DNA of 64,000 nucleotides from a virus (Duplodnaviria; Caudoviricetes): IMG/VR virus record IMGVR_UViG_2706794911_000004, positions 1 to 64,000 of that record; one strand, 5' to 3'. Shown piece by piece: positions 56,601 to 64,000 of this stretch (position 1 is its first letter; each line of letters starts with the position of its first letter). The notes under the pieces were generated by a model. It saw only the letters and a program-made list of their open reading frames with translations, ran no database searches and was not told where the DNA came from. The position numbers and the translations under genes were made by a program.

Positions 56601-59136
56601 AGAACACTTCTAAGAAGTCTTTCTGCTTCTTAACCCCGTCCTCCATATAGTATGGGTTTAGATTTTCAAACCCTTTGACACCTGAAAGATTTTCTAGCTG
56701 TGACAACTCGTCACCTGTAAAGGGTCTTTGTAGTATTGCTCTCCAGAAAGTTCCACCCTCCTTACCTGTTCTACCTGTTGATTGTACAAATAGTGAGGAT
56801 AAAGCCATTGATGTAGCATATGCTCTTTCATCATCCATGCCTGGTAAAACACCCCTAAAAGCCGCACCAGACAACTGTTGTGTTGAGATTAAATCCTTGA
56901 CAGTAGTATTGGATAGCATAGCAGTTTTTAACATCATGTTACTGTATCTATCCATGTCATACATGCTGACTCCCCACTGCGCTGATATAGATTCAAGACC
57001 TTTTGCCGCTGTTTCTATACCTATGTCTTCCTCCGCAGCATATATTTTTGCAACTTCTCTAGTCATTGCTAGTGCTTCGTATGGGTCTGTAGCTCTACGT
57101 GATGCTATATGGTAAGCCCTACCCATATCACTTAATGACCTTGTATATGCTTTAGATATTGCTTGTATGTGTTTGTCTACGCCGCCATTCATATACCTTT
57201 GTAGACTCTTCGATTCTGTTGTAACTCTGTCATCGAAATCTGTACCTGATGTAGAAAGTCCTGTTGAAACAGAATCCTCGTAGACTCTTTTAGTCGCCAC
57301 ACCACTCATGGTAGGGTCTTTTATTAAGATATTCTGTTTAGCTTTAGCCATCTCATAGTCATAATCTGACGTAGACCTAGCACCTGTATAAATAGCTCTG
57401 GTAGGGGCACCTATCACAGCACCTGCTGTAATGTAACGCATAGTGTTCATTATAGAGCCTAAAAAACTTCTAGTACTTAAATCTGTACCGAACCTAGGTG
57501 TTGCTATACCCCTGCCACTAGTGACTGCACTACTGCCAAACGAACTTGTAGCACCTGCACCAATAGACTCGTATCCCCTAGGTACCGAAGGTCTAGCAAA
57601 AGACCTAGTAAAGTCCTGTGGTGGCTTGTACCCCAGGCTAACTGCATCTAGCTTAATACCCTTAATCTCTGCTGTTAGTGCATCAAACTGCTTCTTTATC
57701 ATGGCTCTTGTTACCTTAACTATGGTAGCTTGTAGCTTTTCCATTTCTTGCTTAGTATAACTTACAACGGACACGTCCGGTCCAACCTCTACTTTAGCTG
57801 TGGACTTTTTAAAATCTTCTAGATAGCTCTTTATACTTTTGTGAGTCAAATCCTGTATACTTTGCTGAATAACCTTTAAATTTTCTCTTAATACTACACT
57901 TTTAAACTCGCTACCTTCTAGTTTAGGGAAGGCTTGAGTAAACTCTCTTACACTAGCATCCATAGATGCAGCTATTGACTTCTTAACATCCTTGTGTAAA
58001 TCCTTGGTCTTAACACTAAACATGTTAGGGTCAAAACTTGATAACTGCCCCGCCACCTCATTAGCTTTATTGGTAATGTGTTTATTAAGTGCTGTGTCTA
58101 TCTTAGACGCCACTTTCTGCACACCTTCGGAGGACATTTCTGACTGCGTTGCCTCTTTTAGAGTAGTGGCATACCTACCAACTATATCCTTCAATGCCTT
58201 ATCTATAGGTACTTGTAGTGATTTTGCCACCTGTTTTACTCTATTCTCGTCTACGTCTGCAAGCCCTACACCACTTTTTGTTAGTGTCTGCTCAACAGAA
58301 GTAACTACACTCTGTACAAGAGCGTTTATGTCAACCTTAGCCGCCACTGTGTAATCAACTGTAGTCTGTCTAAGTGCCTCAGCTATCCTTTCCTCCACCA
58401 TACGCATTATATAATCAAGTTGCACTTGACCTATATTAATAGGTGTTGGCGTACCCATTTTAAGATTATTGGGGTCTGCTAGGTAGTTACCTATGTGAGC
58501 ACCCAGTGATGTCATCACCTTCTGCATGTTTTCGTCTGAAATCTTCATAGGTGCCATCTGTCTTGGAACCATCTTACCTGTTTTATCTTTTGTGTAGAAG
58601 TCAAACAATTTATCGTCGTTTATAAGCACATCCACATAATCTTTGAACTTATTCATAAACTGTCCTGTAACATTTCGCATATCAAACTCAGGCACTTTAC
58701 CTGACTTACCTGTAAGTTTAACGTTATCTAGCGACTTACTAACTACTTGTTTAAATAATTGTTTATTCTTAGTCCAGAAATTTTCAGGCATGTTTACTTC
58801 TAGTTTTTGGCTAACTTCGGCCCCGCCCTTGTCTACAAGAATAACATCTGCTTTATCAAGATACTTCATTATCTTGTTAGAGAGAGACTTACTAAAATTA
58901 GTGCTATCTAATGCAAGCGTAGAATCAGACAAGGATTGTAGCTGTTTCTTTAGCTGTTCAGTTCCCACATTACCTACGCTACCTAGTTCACGCTTAAACT
59001 CTCTGAGTAATTCAACTGTTGCGTAAGCACTAGTTGACAAGTTCTCAAAGTCCTTAGACATATCTGTAAACTTTTTCTGACCAGTAAGATTCATTTGTAT
59101 TTGAGTTTTTAAAGAATGTGTTTTATCCCCTGCCAC
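53668..59136 (-). CDS. Tail tape measure protein
   Basis: About 1820 aa helical protein after the chaperones; TP901-like core (STGRTGKEGGTF); GTG start after GGAGGTG. Confidence 0.9.
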   Translation of the reverse strand: MAGDKTHSLKTQIQMNLTGQKKFTDMSKDFENLSTSAYATVELLREFKRELGSVGNVGTEQLKKQLQSLSDSTLALDSTNFSKSLSNKIMKYLDKADVILVDKGGAEVSQKLEVNMPENFWTKNKQLFKQVVSKSLDNVKLTGKSGKVPEFDMRNVTGQFMNKFKDYVDVLINDDKLFDFYTKDKTGKMVPRQMAPMKISDENMQKVMTSLGAHIGNYLADPNNLKMGTPTPINIGQVQLDYIMRMVEERIAEALRQTTVDYTVAAKVDINALVQSVVTSVEQTLTKSGVGLADVDENRVKQVAKSLQVPIDKALKDIVGRYATTLKEATQSEMSSEGVQKVASKIDTALNKHITNKANEVAGQLSSFDPNMFSVKTKDLHKDVKKSIAASMDASVREFTQAFPKLEGSEFKSVVLRENLKVIQQSIQDLTHKSIKSYLEDFKKSTAKVEVGPDVSVVSYTKQEMEKLQATIVKVTRAMIKKQFDALTAEIKGIKLDAVSLGYKPPQDFTRSFARPSVPRGYESIGAGATSSFGSSAVTSGRGIATPRFGTDLSTRSFLGSIMNTMRYITAGAVIGAPTRAIYTGARSTSDYDYEMAKAKQNILIKDPTMSGVATKRVYEDSVSTGLSTSGTDFDDRVTTESKSLQRYMNGGVDKHIQAISKAYTRSLSDMGRAYHIASRRATDPYEALAMTREVAKIYAAEEDIGIETAAKGLESISAQWGVSMYDMDRYSNMMLKTAMLSNTTVKDLISTQQLSGAAFRGVLPGMDDERAYATSMALSSLFVQSTGRTGKEGGTFWRAILQRPFTGDELSQLENLSGVKGFENLNPYYMEDGVKKQKDFLEVFSDIVETTRRIDDPSRLSLMQDMFPRRHGATAEALSTMIEDMQEDLNLTVERLQATGALDPTKTVADFSFKETLEAYVDNIMSVTDEEISGYIAGLQDTFKLTTQGLQSQWEITSFEIFSDLKSDFSNASTYLTAILRKFEENGHEAAEVIRTFAKVGAALVAQVARGKFKNAMNVKYKKEIYEKNLPYMQHLTNENTSIEQDVRDLEVRRNYYNKEYTALGVREAELSTNGLGDTHEYQRIVAEREMLAKQEQAVASQQSRLLLRRRENEVSLAHLGSGFTLDDEARKRSALAGERGVGDAILNEEINRTSSQLVAESTKLNAIYTKMESVPENALKGLGEQAAATEKNIQGLNKSMHQLLAEKESLGYGFNRLASTPRTEDFALDEFEKRYMTPIDELSGQLNQGKITNEQFREEIRLLGESAGVSGEGINKLQVNVESLNRQLRQGNIDANTYAAGLDNATRNAFGKNTVTGKPLNTNMESGLGLLDKQLPLDNAGTAGFALMSLVKAIPKLALMMAAFDLVGVGMEAVAARGMKNFEIDSLIAGKTEKYISKSVSRSERSWYNPLSLLQTISGVDIGEFYGDTKYYLGKLTGAPTEVSEARDAVFDGKRMGLTDEALEEYILDELGKKGLDPTTISRKAKMEMQEEYLKVIDPFTDRKGNVLEAGDPRLAQIPLEDITEFLNHVISELQNEMSKADYEFNRERYKLLAKGMAEDSAEIRNMLKRKLDLETELIAGTLNELNEKIKLLVPGSLQETEMSLKILELESKLGEVEYQTVQNQFGAFDEYMRKHGVETSFAQARGEIKRNNAILAGVRSGSTASLQLEARMAKEQAGITSTAISKLENLKQSFLDNPEQLEKINLQILQLQAEQTRLLVEIDEKLKGQLSTFNLPSGMEPITYYEAMTRGNTHRNVSVQSGETLVNINIDNMSGSEEDVKRVQRAVEDGVSMVQRNIANDLARNVQQNMGYNYYPINQ

Positions 59137-59192
59137 AATATCACCTCCAGTATGTAACAATAGCCCGCCCACCTAATAGTAGGCAGAGCAGG

Positions 59193-59530
59193 CTAAAATC
59201 CACCAAGAAAACTTTCTAGCATTCTTATATCTTCTTCGGTAGCTACTTCATAACCACCTTCAGTAGTTGATTGGTCACTAGTACCATCAGACGCACCTTG
59301 TGCCCCGCCAAATAAGGACATTGGGCCCATTCGGGTAGAGACTTCAAACTGTATGTGCTTGTTAGTTTGTTTCATTAACTCAGCTATCTGCGGCAGGGTA
59401 TACTCCCATATCTTCCACTTGTCTAAGTTACAATACCTGTGGAGCCTAAAGAATATCTCACCCCAATGCAATGGTTTCTGCTCTTCAACATCCACTATAC
59501 CTGTTTCGTTTTCCGCCCCACCAACCTCTA
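59193..59530 (-). CDS. Tail assembly chaperone, frameshifted C-terminal part (gpT-like)
   Basis: -1 frame open from the slippery site; IWEYTLPQI motif. Confidence 0.8.
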
Positions 59531-59962
59531 CTTTTTTGTTACTATACCGTTAATATTTAGTATTACCTCAACTATCTCTTGTGCAATAGCTAGGTCTACG
59601 TACTTGTCAAGATAATCAGCATCCACATGCTGGTAGTTTCTAAATGCTATGAGAAGTAATTCATATAGATTATCTAAATCTGGATCATTTCCCTTCTCAT
59701 CAGGGAGAAAGTTTGCCAATATAACATCAAGATTAACTACTTTAACTAAACGCATAATACGCCTAGCATCCCCAAGTGTACTTGGATGTACACGGTAAAA
59801 TTTACCATCACGCAGCCTTATTTTTGCATCATCCTCAAAAAATATTGTCTCCATCCTATCAGCCTCTGCCTGTGTAAGTACTTCTTCCTTTACTTTTGCT
59901 ACTGCTTCCTTGTTTATCTTCTCTGAATGCTCTTTCTCTAACTGTGCCTTAGTTTTTTCCAT
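59528..59962 (-). CDS. Tail assembly chaperone (gpG-like)
   Basis: Between the major tail and tape measure genes, ends at the slippery site. Confidence 0.85.
   Translation of the reverse strand: MEKTKAQLEKEHSEKINKEAVAKVKEEVLTQAEADRMETIFFEDDAKIRLRDGKFYRVHPSTLGDARRIMRLVKVVNLDVILANFLPDEKGNDPDLDNLYELLLIAFRNYQHVDADYLDKYVDLAIAQEIVEVILNINGIVTKK
59531..59537 (-). other. Programmed -1 ribosomal frameshift site A AAA AAG
   Basis: ACA AAA AAG TAG; the -1 frame continues KKVEVGGAENETGIVDVEEQKP. Confidence 0.85.
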
Positions 59963-59968
59963 TACATA

Positions 59969-60054
59969 AACCTCCCCGTTTATATCTCCCCTGTATTAAA
60001 ATGGTAAGGGAATATAGGTCGGGGAGATGTTACCTATATCCTTAATCCTTACCA
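59969..60054 (-). promoter_or_regulatory. Structured RNA leader (hairpin with anti-SD loop, possible pseudoknot)
   Basis: Stem 60002-60019/60032-60054; loop ACAUCUCCCCG complementary to GGGGAGAU and to the RBS CGGGGAGG. Confidence 0.55.
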
Positions 60055-60062
60055 AAACTTAT

Positions 60063-60857
60063 CTAGTCGTTAAGCACACCACACGTGGTACCAGACCTGA
60101 TGTCAGTGAATCGCTTGATAGTACCTAGTTTTTTACCTATTGTAGGCTGGATAACCTGCAACTCAACGGCAGAAGTACTTGCTGTAGCCCTCTGTGCGTC
60201 TATAGAGAAAGCACCCTTAGCTTGGCAAGTGTATAACTCTGTTTCAACTCCTTGGAAGGTACCATCCTTCTGCTGGAAGGAGCCATGGTGTATGATGTGT
60301 ACAGGGAAAGGAACCTCGTCTGCCATAATGTCAGTCCATGTTGCATCTGTAACCTGTCGCTTGTATGCTACATACACTTGTTTACCTACTAAAGCAGATA
60401 GACCTGCTCCTGTTATCGCAGAGCCACCAACACCTGTAAAAGCACCTGCAATAACTAAGTTTGACTCAGCAGAACGTACTGAGATATCTACATCATTACC
60501 TGATACAATATGCTCAACGGCAATAGTAGGTGTACCAGAAACGTCCTCTACAGTGGCTAGCTCATTAAGCACCCATATGTTAGTAGTACCTTTCTCTAAA
60601 GTAGAACCCATCATTAAGGATACAGCGTTTAGGTCGAAACTGGCATCTGTACCTACTATCTCAATACCTTTTCTAGTAACTATGGTATCTATTGCAAACA
60701 AGCCGTCACCACCAAATATCTCGTCTACATCAACACTCATTGTAATACGTAAGTCCTGTAATGTACCTAGGGTTAGCAACTCCGGACTACCATCGGCACA
60801 GATTCGCTTAGCCAGCATTGTTCCGACACCTTTTATAATCATTTTTTTATTAGCCAA
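60063..60857 (-). CDS. Major tail tube protein
   Basis: Position before chaperones and tape measure; beta-rich, about 265 aa; TTG start after AAAGGAG. Confidence 0.8.
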   Translation of the reverse strand: MANKKMIIKGVGTMLAKRICADGSPELLTLGTLQDLRITMSVDVDEIFGGDGLFAIDTIVTRKGIEIVGTDASFDLNAVSLMMGSTLEKGTTNIWVLNELATVEDVSGTPTIAVEHIVSGNDVDISVRSAESNLVIAGAFTGVGGSAITGAGLSALVGKQVYVAYKRQVTDATWTDIMADEVPFPVHIIHHGSFQQKDGTFQGVETELYTCQAKGAFSIDAQRATASTSAVELQVIQPTIGKKLGTIKRFTDIRSGTTCGVLND

Positions 60858-60887
60858 AAAATTCAACTCCTTTCTGATTGTTACAAC

Positions 60888-61097
60888 TTACTTGCTATCT
60901 TTATACCAATCACCTTTCTCTGGGTTTGATATCACACCCGCCATAGCCAGGGTGGCTAGTAGAGCGTCTACTATAGTCTGGTAGCTTTCTGTGTCAAGTC
61001 CAATGGTTTCATATAAACCGTAGTTGCCTAACAATAAACCTACAAGTGAAAAGATAGAAACCCATAATCCATAATTACGATACTTCAATTTACTCAT
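60888..61097 (-). CDS. Holin
   Basis: RNYGLWVS, two TM segments, GVISNP. Confidence 0.85.
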   Translation of the reverse strand: MSKLKYRNYGLWVSIFSLVGLLLGNYGLYETIGLDTESYQTIVDALLATLAMAGVISNPEKGDWYKDSK

Positions 61098-61186
61098 CCC
61101 CTTTCAAGTCTCTGTGTATCTTTGCCATGATTGTCATTGTCGTACACACAAGGCTAGCATCATCCATATTAGCCAGCCACCCATCA

Positions 61187-61825
61187 TTATTTTTTCACCT
61201 TCCTATCATAATCATATAGCATTTGCCACACTTGTTCCCTTGTGACACTATCTTTCGGCTTAGTTCCATCACTTACGCCATTTTCCTTTACCCATGATTG
61301 TGCAAGTTTCGCCCAGTTTGATACTTCATCCAGCACCTTCTCTGGTTCCTTAACTACACTCAATTTTAACAACTCCTTTTGAATATCCGCTGTAAACTGA
61401 TCCCATCTAGGTAAAATTAATCGTGGGCAATTTTTACTACTCCATGACTTATGTGTGCATACTTTGTCTACAGCCCACCCTCGTTCATACAGCATCTTGG
61501 CAATTAATTTTACTGCGTTATCCCACACTACTTCCTGGTTCCCGCTCTCGCACAGCTCTATACCCAATGATGTACGGTTTCCGACTGCTTTACCTGCGTG
61601 ATACGCAACTTCTGTGAGCGGTATGCACTCGATAGCCTCATTTTCATCTACCACTATATGGAAGGACGCATTTCTGATATTTTCGGTGTTAGTAAGCCAA
61701 CCTCGTTCGTTTTTCGCAGTGGAGGATGTGTTAGCAGTATTGTGAACTGTTATAGAAGTAGGAACTAGGGTAGTTCCTGGTCTTTTCCCTTTGCTTATAG
61801 GGATATGGTCTACTGTATAGATCAC
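61187..61825 (-). CDS. N-acetylmuramoyl-L-alanine amidase endolysin (Amidase_2, XlyA/CwlA-like)
   Basis: ITVHNTAN, SFHIVVD, HAG, GIELC, H..WS.KNCP; C-terminal WA...GVSDGTKPKDSVTREQ binding motif. Confidence 0.92.
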   Translation of the reverse strand: MIYTVDHIPISKGKRPGTTLVPTSITVHNTANTSSTAKNERGWLTNTENIRNASFHIVVDENEAIECIPLTEVAYHAGKAVGNRTSLGIELCESGNQEVVWDNAVKLIAKMLYERGWAVDKVCTHKSWSSKNCPRLILPRWDQFTADIQKELLKLSVVKEPEKVLDEVSNWAKLAQSWVKENGVSDGTKPKDSVTREQVWQMLYDYDRKVKK

Positions 61826-62100
61826 TATAAACCACCTCCAATCAAGAAGTATGACATACAGGCAGTTAGGAAGGTTGTTACAGCACAAGCTATAGCAGTA
61901 GTTACCACAGTATTCCACCGCTGCTCGGGTAATGACTGTAACTTAGTTACTTGTGCTTGTAGTTGTATCATGCTTTGTGACATTGACTCTACCGTAGTAC
62001 GTACTACAGCAACATCTGTACGTATGTCACTCAAGCTCTCCGCCTGCCTATACACTCTTTTTTCTAATTGCTCCACTCGATTTTCTAATCCTTCACTCAC
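61825..62100 (-). CDS. XhlA-like holin/lysis accessory membrane protein
   Basis: Coiled coil plus C-terminal TM helix, upstream of the endolysin. Confidence 0.65.
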   Translation of the reverse strand: MSEGLENRVEQLEKRVYRQAESLSDIRTDVAVVRTTVESMSQSMIQLQAQVTKLQSLPEQRWNTVVTTAIACAVTTFLTACMSYFLIGGGL

Positions 62101-62131
62101 TACGACCTCCCCCTCTAAAATATATTCAGCA

Positions 62132-62380
62132 TCATACTTTGATTTCGTTGCTGTTTGTTAAGACAGTTGGTCGAGTACTTGTATTAGTACTCGCAGTACT
62201 TAAATGGGGTCGGTCACTTCTGAAAAATAAATAGGTGATAGATACTACAGTCAGTGTAAAGGCTAGTGAAAAAGCAATTACAGCTATTATCACAGCCTCA
62301 GCAAGTCTTTGATTAGTCCTATCTAATTTATCCAGAACATCTTTGTAAAGTTTTAAGTCGTTATCACCCACGACTACCAC
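62132..62380 (-). CDS. Single-pass membrane protein
   Basis: One hydrophobic helix. Confidence 0.6.
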   Translation of the reverse strand: MVVVGDNDLKLYKDVLDKLDRTNQRLAEAVIIAVIAFSLAFTLTVVSITYLFFRSDRPHLSTASTNTSTRPTVLTNSNEIKV

Positions 62381-62386
62381 CCCTCT

Positions 62387-62833
62387 CTAAACTGTGACAG
62401 AAAACTCTATGACAGTAGTGAAGCAGTACACATTATTCTGGTCTACGCTACTCTCATATGCAGTTAAAAATTTTGTTTCATAGCTCTCTAAACCACACAT
62501 AATAGGAAACTTGTTATTGAAAAGCTCAACTAAAGAAGACGATATATTGTGTGCTAAGTCTACGTTATCTGTAGTATAAACATCGAACACAACTGGTGTA
62601 GAATAAACCAAATAGTTATCCGTATCTATCCGTCCCCCTGGTGGGGTATAGAAAGTAATCAAAGGGATATACTCAGTTAAATTCTGAGGCTTTGACCTTT
62701 TCTGAATCTTTCTTGCCTTAAGCAGGAGTAACTCCTCTTCGAGTAGACTACTATCTATCTGTAAATAGTTTAGTACAGCTTCTGAATTTGATAACATCCG
62801 ATACACATTATTATATAAATTTGTTACTATCAT
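62387..62833 (-). CDS. Putative tail terminator/completion protein
   Basis: Size, position and PLITF...FDVYT pattern. Confidence 0.6.
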   Translation of the reverse strand: MIVTNLYNNVYRMLSNSEAVLNYLQIDSSLLEEELLLLKARKIQKRSKPQNLTEYIPLITFYTPPGGRIDTDNYLVYSTPVVFDVYTTDNVDLAHNISSSLVELFNNKFPIMCGLESYETKFLTAYESSVDQNNVYCFTTVIEFSVTV

Positions 62834-62842
62834 GCCGCCCAC

Positions 62843-63700
62843 CTACACTTTCAAAGTATTGGTGTAAATGTAATCCGTAATATCTACGTCGTTTATATGC
62901 TTTAGGTAGATGTCTACAACCTGGTCCCTAACTTCTTCAACAGACTTCTCAAACCATCTATAGGCTTGCACATCCTCACCAATATATGTTCTAAAGTTAG
63001 ACACCATCTCAGCATACTTATCTGGAGCTATTTTGGTACCGTCTTTCTTACTTGGAGGGTCTGTGCCGCCAACCCCACCAATTGCAGAACCAGTCTCTCG
63101 GATATTTCCTCCAAAGTCTTTCCACTGACCATCTTTCTTGCTCCTACTCACAATAGAGGAACCTACACTAGCAATACGATAAGGGTTGGGATCACCAAGA
63201 CTACGTGTAAAGCCATATTGACTGTATAGGGAAGCATCTGAGTACTCCCCTGTACCTATCTCGTAGTACCACCCAATATGTGAGTCCTTAAAATTATTCT
63301 CCATTGCCTTTACCTGTGTTTCAAGCACATCATCTGACTTCCATTTAAGGTAGTCTACAGCTATGGAACTTGCTAGTGCAGCAGCTCTCTCCGCGTCAGA
63401 TGTCTCTAGCCCGCCAGCCAGTTTAACAGTATTAAACTTAAGAGGTAGTGAGTTAACATTCCTTTTAATAACATCTTGAAGCAGATCCCTTATTTCCTTT
63501 GTAGCAGCTTTTAATGCTTGCCTAAGGTCATTTACGTATTTAACACTGTCGAACCTTAGTAACTGGTTGCCGTGTCTGGGTACTGCTTTAGTTGGTTTAA
63601 AATCTACATTGGCAGATCTAAAGTTGCTATAACTTTGTTTGGCACTACTTCTGTATCCGCTATACCCTCTCTTTGCTCCGCCCATACTTCTTATTGCCAC
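62843..63700 (-). CDS. Putative tail completion (HK97 gp10-like) protein
   Basis: YYEIGTG motif, QAYRWF near the C-terminus, position. Confidence 0.55.
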   Translation of the reverse strand: MAIRSMGGAKRGYSGYRSSAKQSYSNFRSANVDFKPTKAVPRHGNQLLRFDSVKYVNDLRQALKAATKEIRDLLQDVIKRNVNSLPLKFNTVKLAGGLETSDAERAAALASSIAVDYLKWKSDDVLETQVKAMENNFKDSHIGWYYEIGTGEYSDASLYSQYGFTRSLGDPNPYRIASVGSSIVSRSKKDGQWKDFGGNIRETGSAIGGVGGTDPPSKKDGTKIAPDKYAEMVSNFRTYIGEDVQAYRWFEKSVEEVRDQVVDIYLKHINDVDITDYIYTNTLKV

Positions 63701-63705
63701 TATAA

Positions 63706-63999
63706 TTACCTCGTTTCTGTAGACACTGTGATATGGCTAGTACCTAAAAATGTAGTGGTGTCAATACTAAGTAACTTAAACTCCTTGTAGCTGCCATTAA
63801 TCTCGATACTAAGCCTATCTGTATTACCAAGCTCCAAATACGGAGCATGTACTTTATAGATCATTTCATAATGTTGTCCATGTTTCTTCTGCTCAAGCCC
63901 GCCACCGATAAACTCAATATAAACTTTGATATCACTGTACTTATCAACAGGACTCCTAGTAATATTACCCTTCGTATCTGCTGATTCAAATATTGTGAA
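63706..63999 (-). CDS. Partial ORF, putative head-tail joining protein (5' end outside the window)
   Basis: Open frame FTIFESADTKGN...TVSTETR* running to the window edge. Confidence 0.55.
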   Translation of the reverse strand, partial: FTIFESADTKGNITRSPVDKYSDIKVYIEFIGGGLEQKKHGQHYEMIYKVHAPYLELGNTDRLSIEINGSYKEFKLLSIDTTTFLGTSHITVSTETR

Positions 64000-64000
64000 T

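Larger units (their letters stand above)
280..64000 (-). mobile_element. Large temperate siphovirus-like (SPbeta-like) prophage integrated in spoIVA; continues beyond the right edge
   Basis: Serine recombinase at the boundary, then co-oriented replication, nucleotide metabolism, tail, lysis and head-tail genes; host spoIVA 3' fragment at 1..279. Confidence 0.95.

Noticed and set aside
60085-60984. Long plus-strand ORFs antisense to phage genes (also 3560..3979, 28993..29517, 54959..55429 and others)
   Set aside because: Shadow frames of well-supported minus-strand genes, with no RBS or recognisable motifs
1-64000. tRNA or rRNA genes
   Set aside because: None recognised in the short intergenic regions by eye; tRNAscan-SE was not run

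Overview
The window is one arm (about 64 kb, running off the right edge) of a large SPbeta-like siphoviral prophage in a spore-forming clostridial host, with almost all genes on the minus strand. The prophage is integrated inside the sporulation gene spoIVA. The large serine recombinase at 1..1896 reads in frame across the attachment junction (about 279-282) into the last 92 codons of SpoIVA. From left to right the window holds: recombinase plus candidate RDF; a SigF/G-like sigma factor; HU and nucleotide metabolism (Tmk, dUTPase, class II RNR); recombination and replication genes (RecA, MTase, RuvC-like, PD-(D/E)XK nuclease, PolA, gp32-like SSB, ECF-like sigma, primase, DnaB); a XerC/D recombinase; about 29 kb of tail-tip/adhesin genes; tape measure; frameshifted tail chaperones; major tail protein; an embedded lysis cassette; and head-tail connector genes. 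A coherent regulatory circuit can be read from the non-coding DNA. A LexA box sits inside a perfect SigA promoter driving primase plus the ECF sigma. Nine copies of an ECF-type promoter (TTAACTTTT-N10-CYRGTA) occur, one upstream of the sigma operon itself. The candidate RDF has both this promoter and a SigE-type mother-cell promoter. Other signals are a strongly strand-skewed GGCGGG motif, a modular adhesin cassette and a candidate pseudoknot that may occlude an RBS. All calls come from manual motif recognition; no database searches were run.
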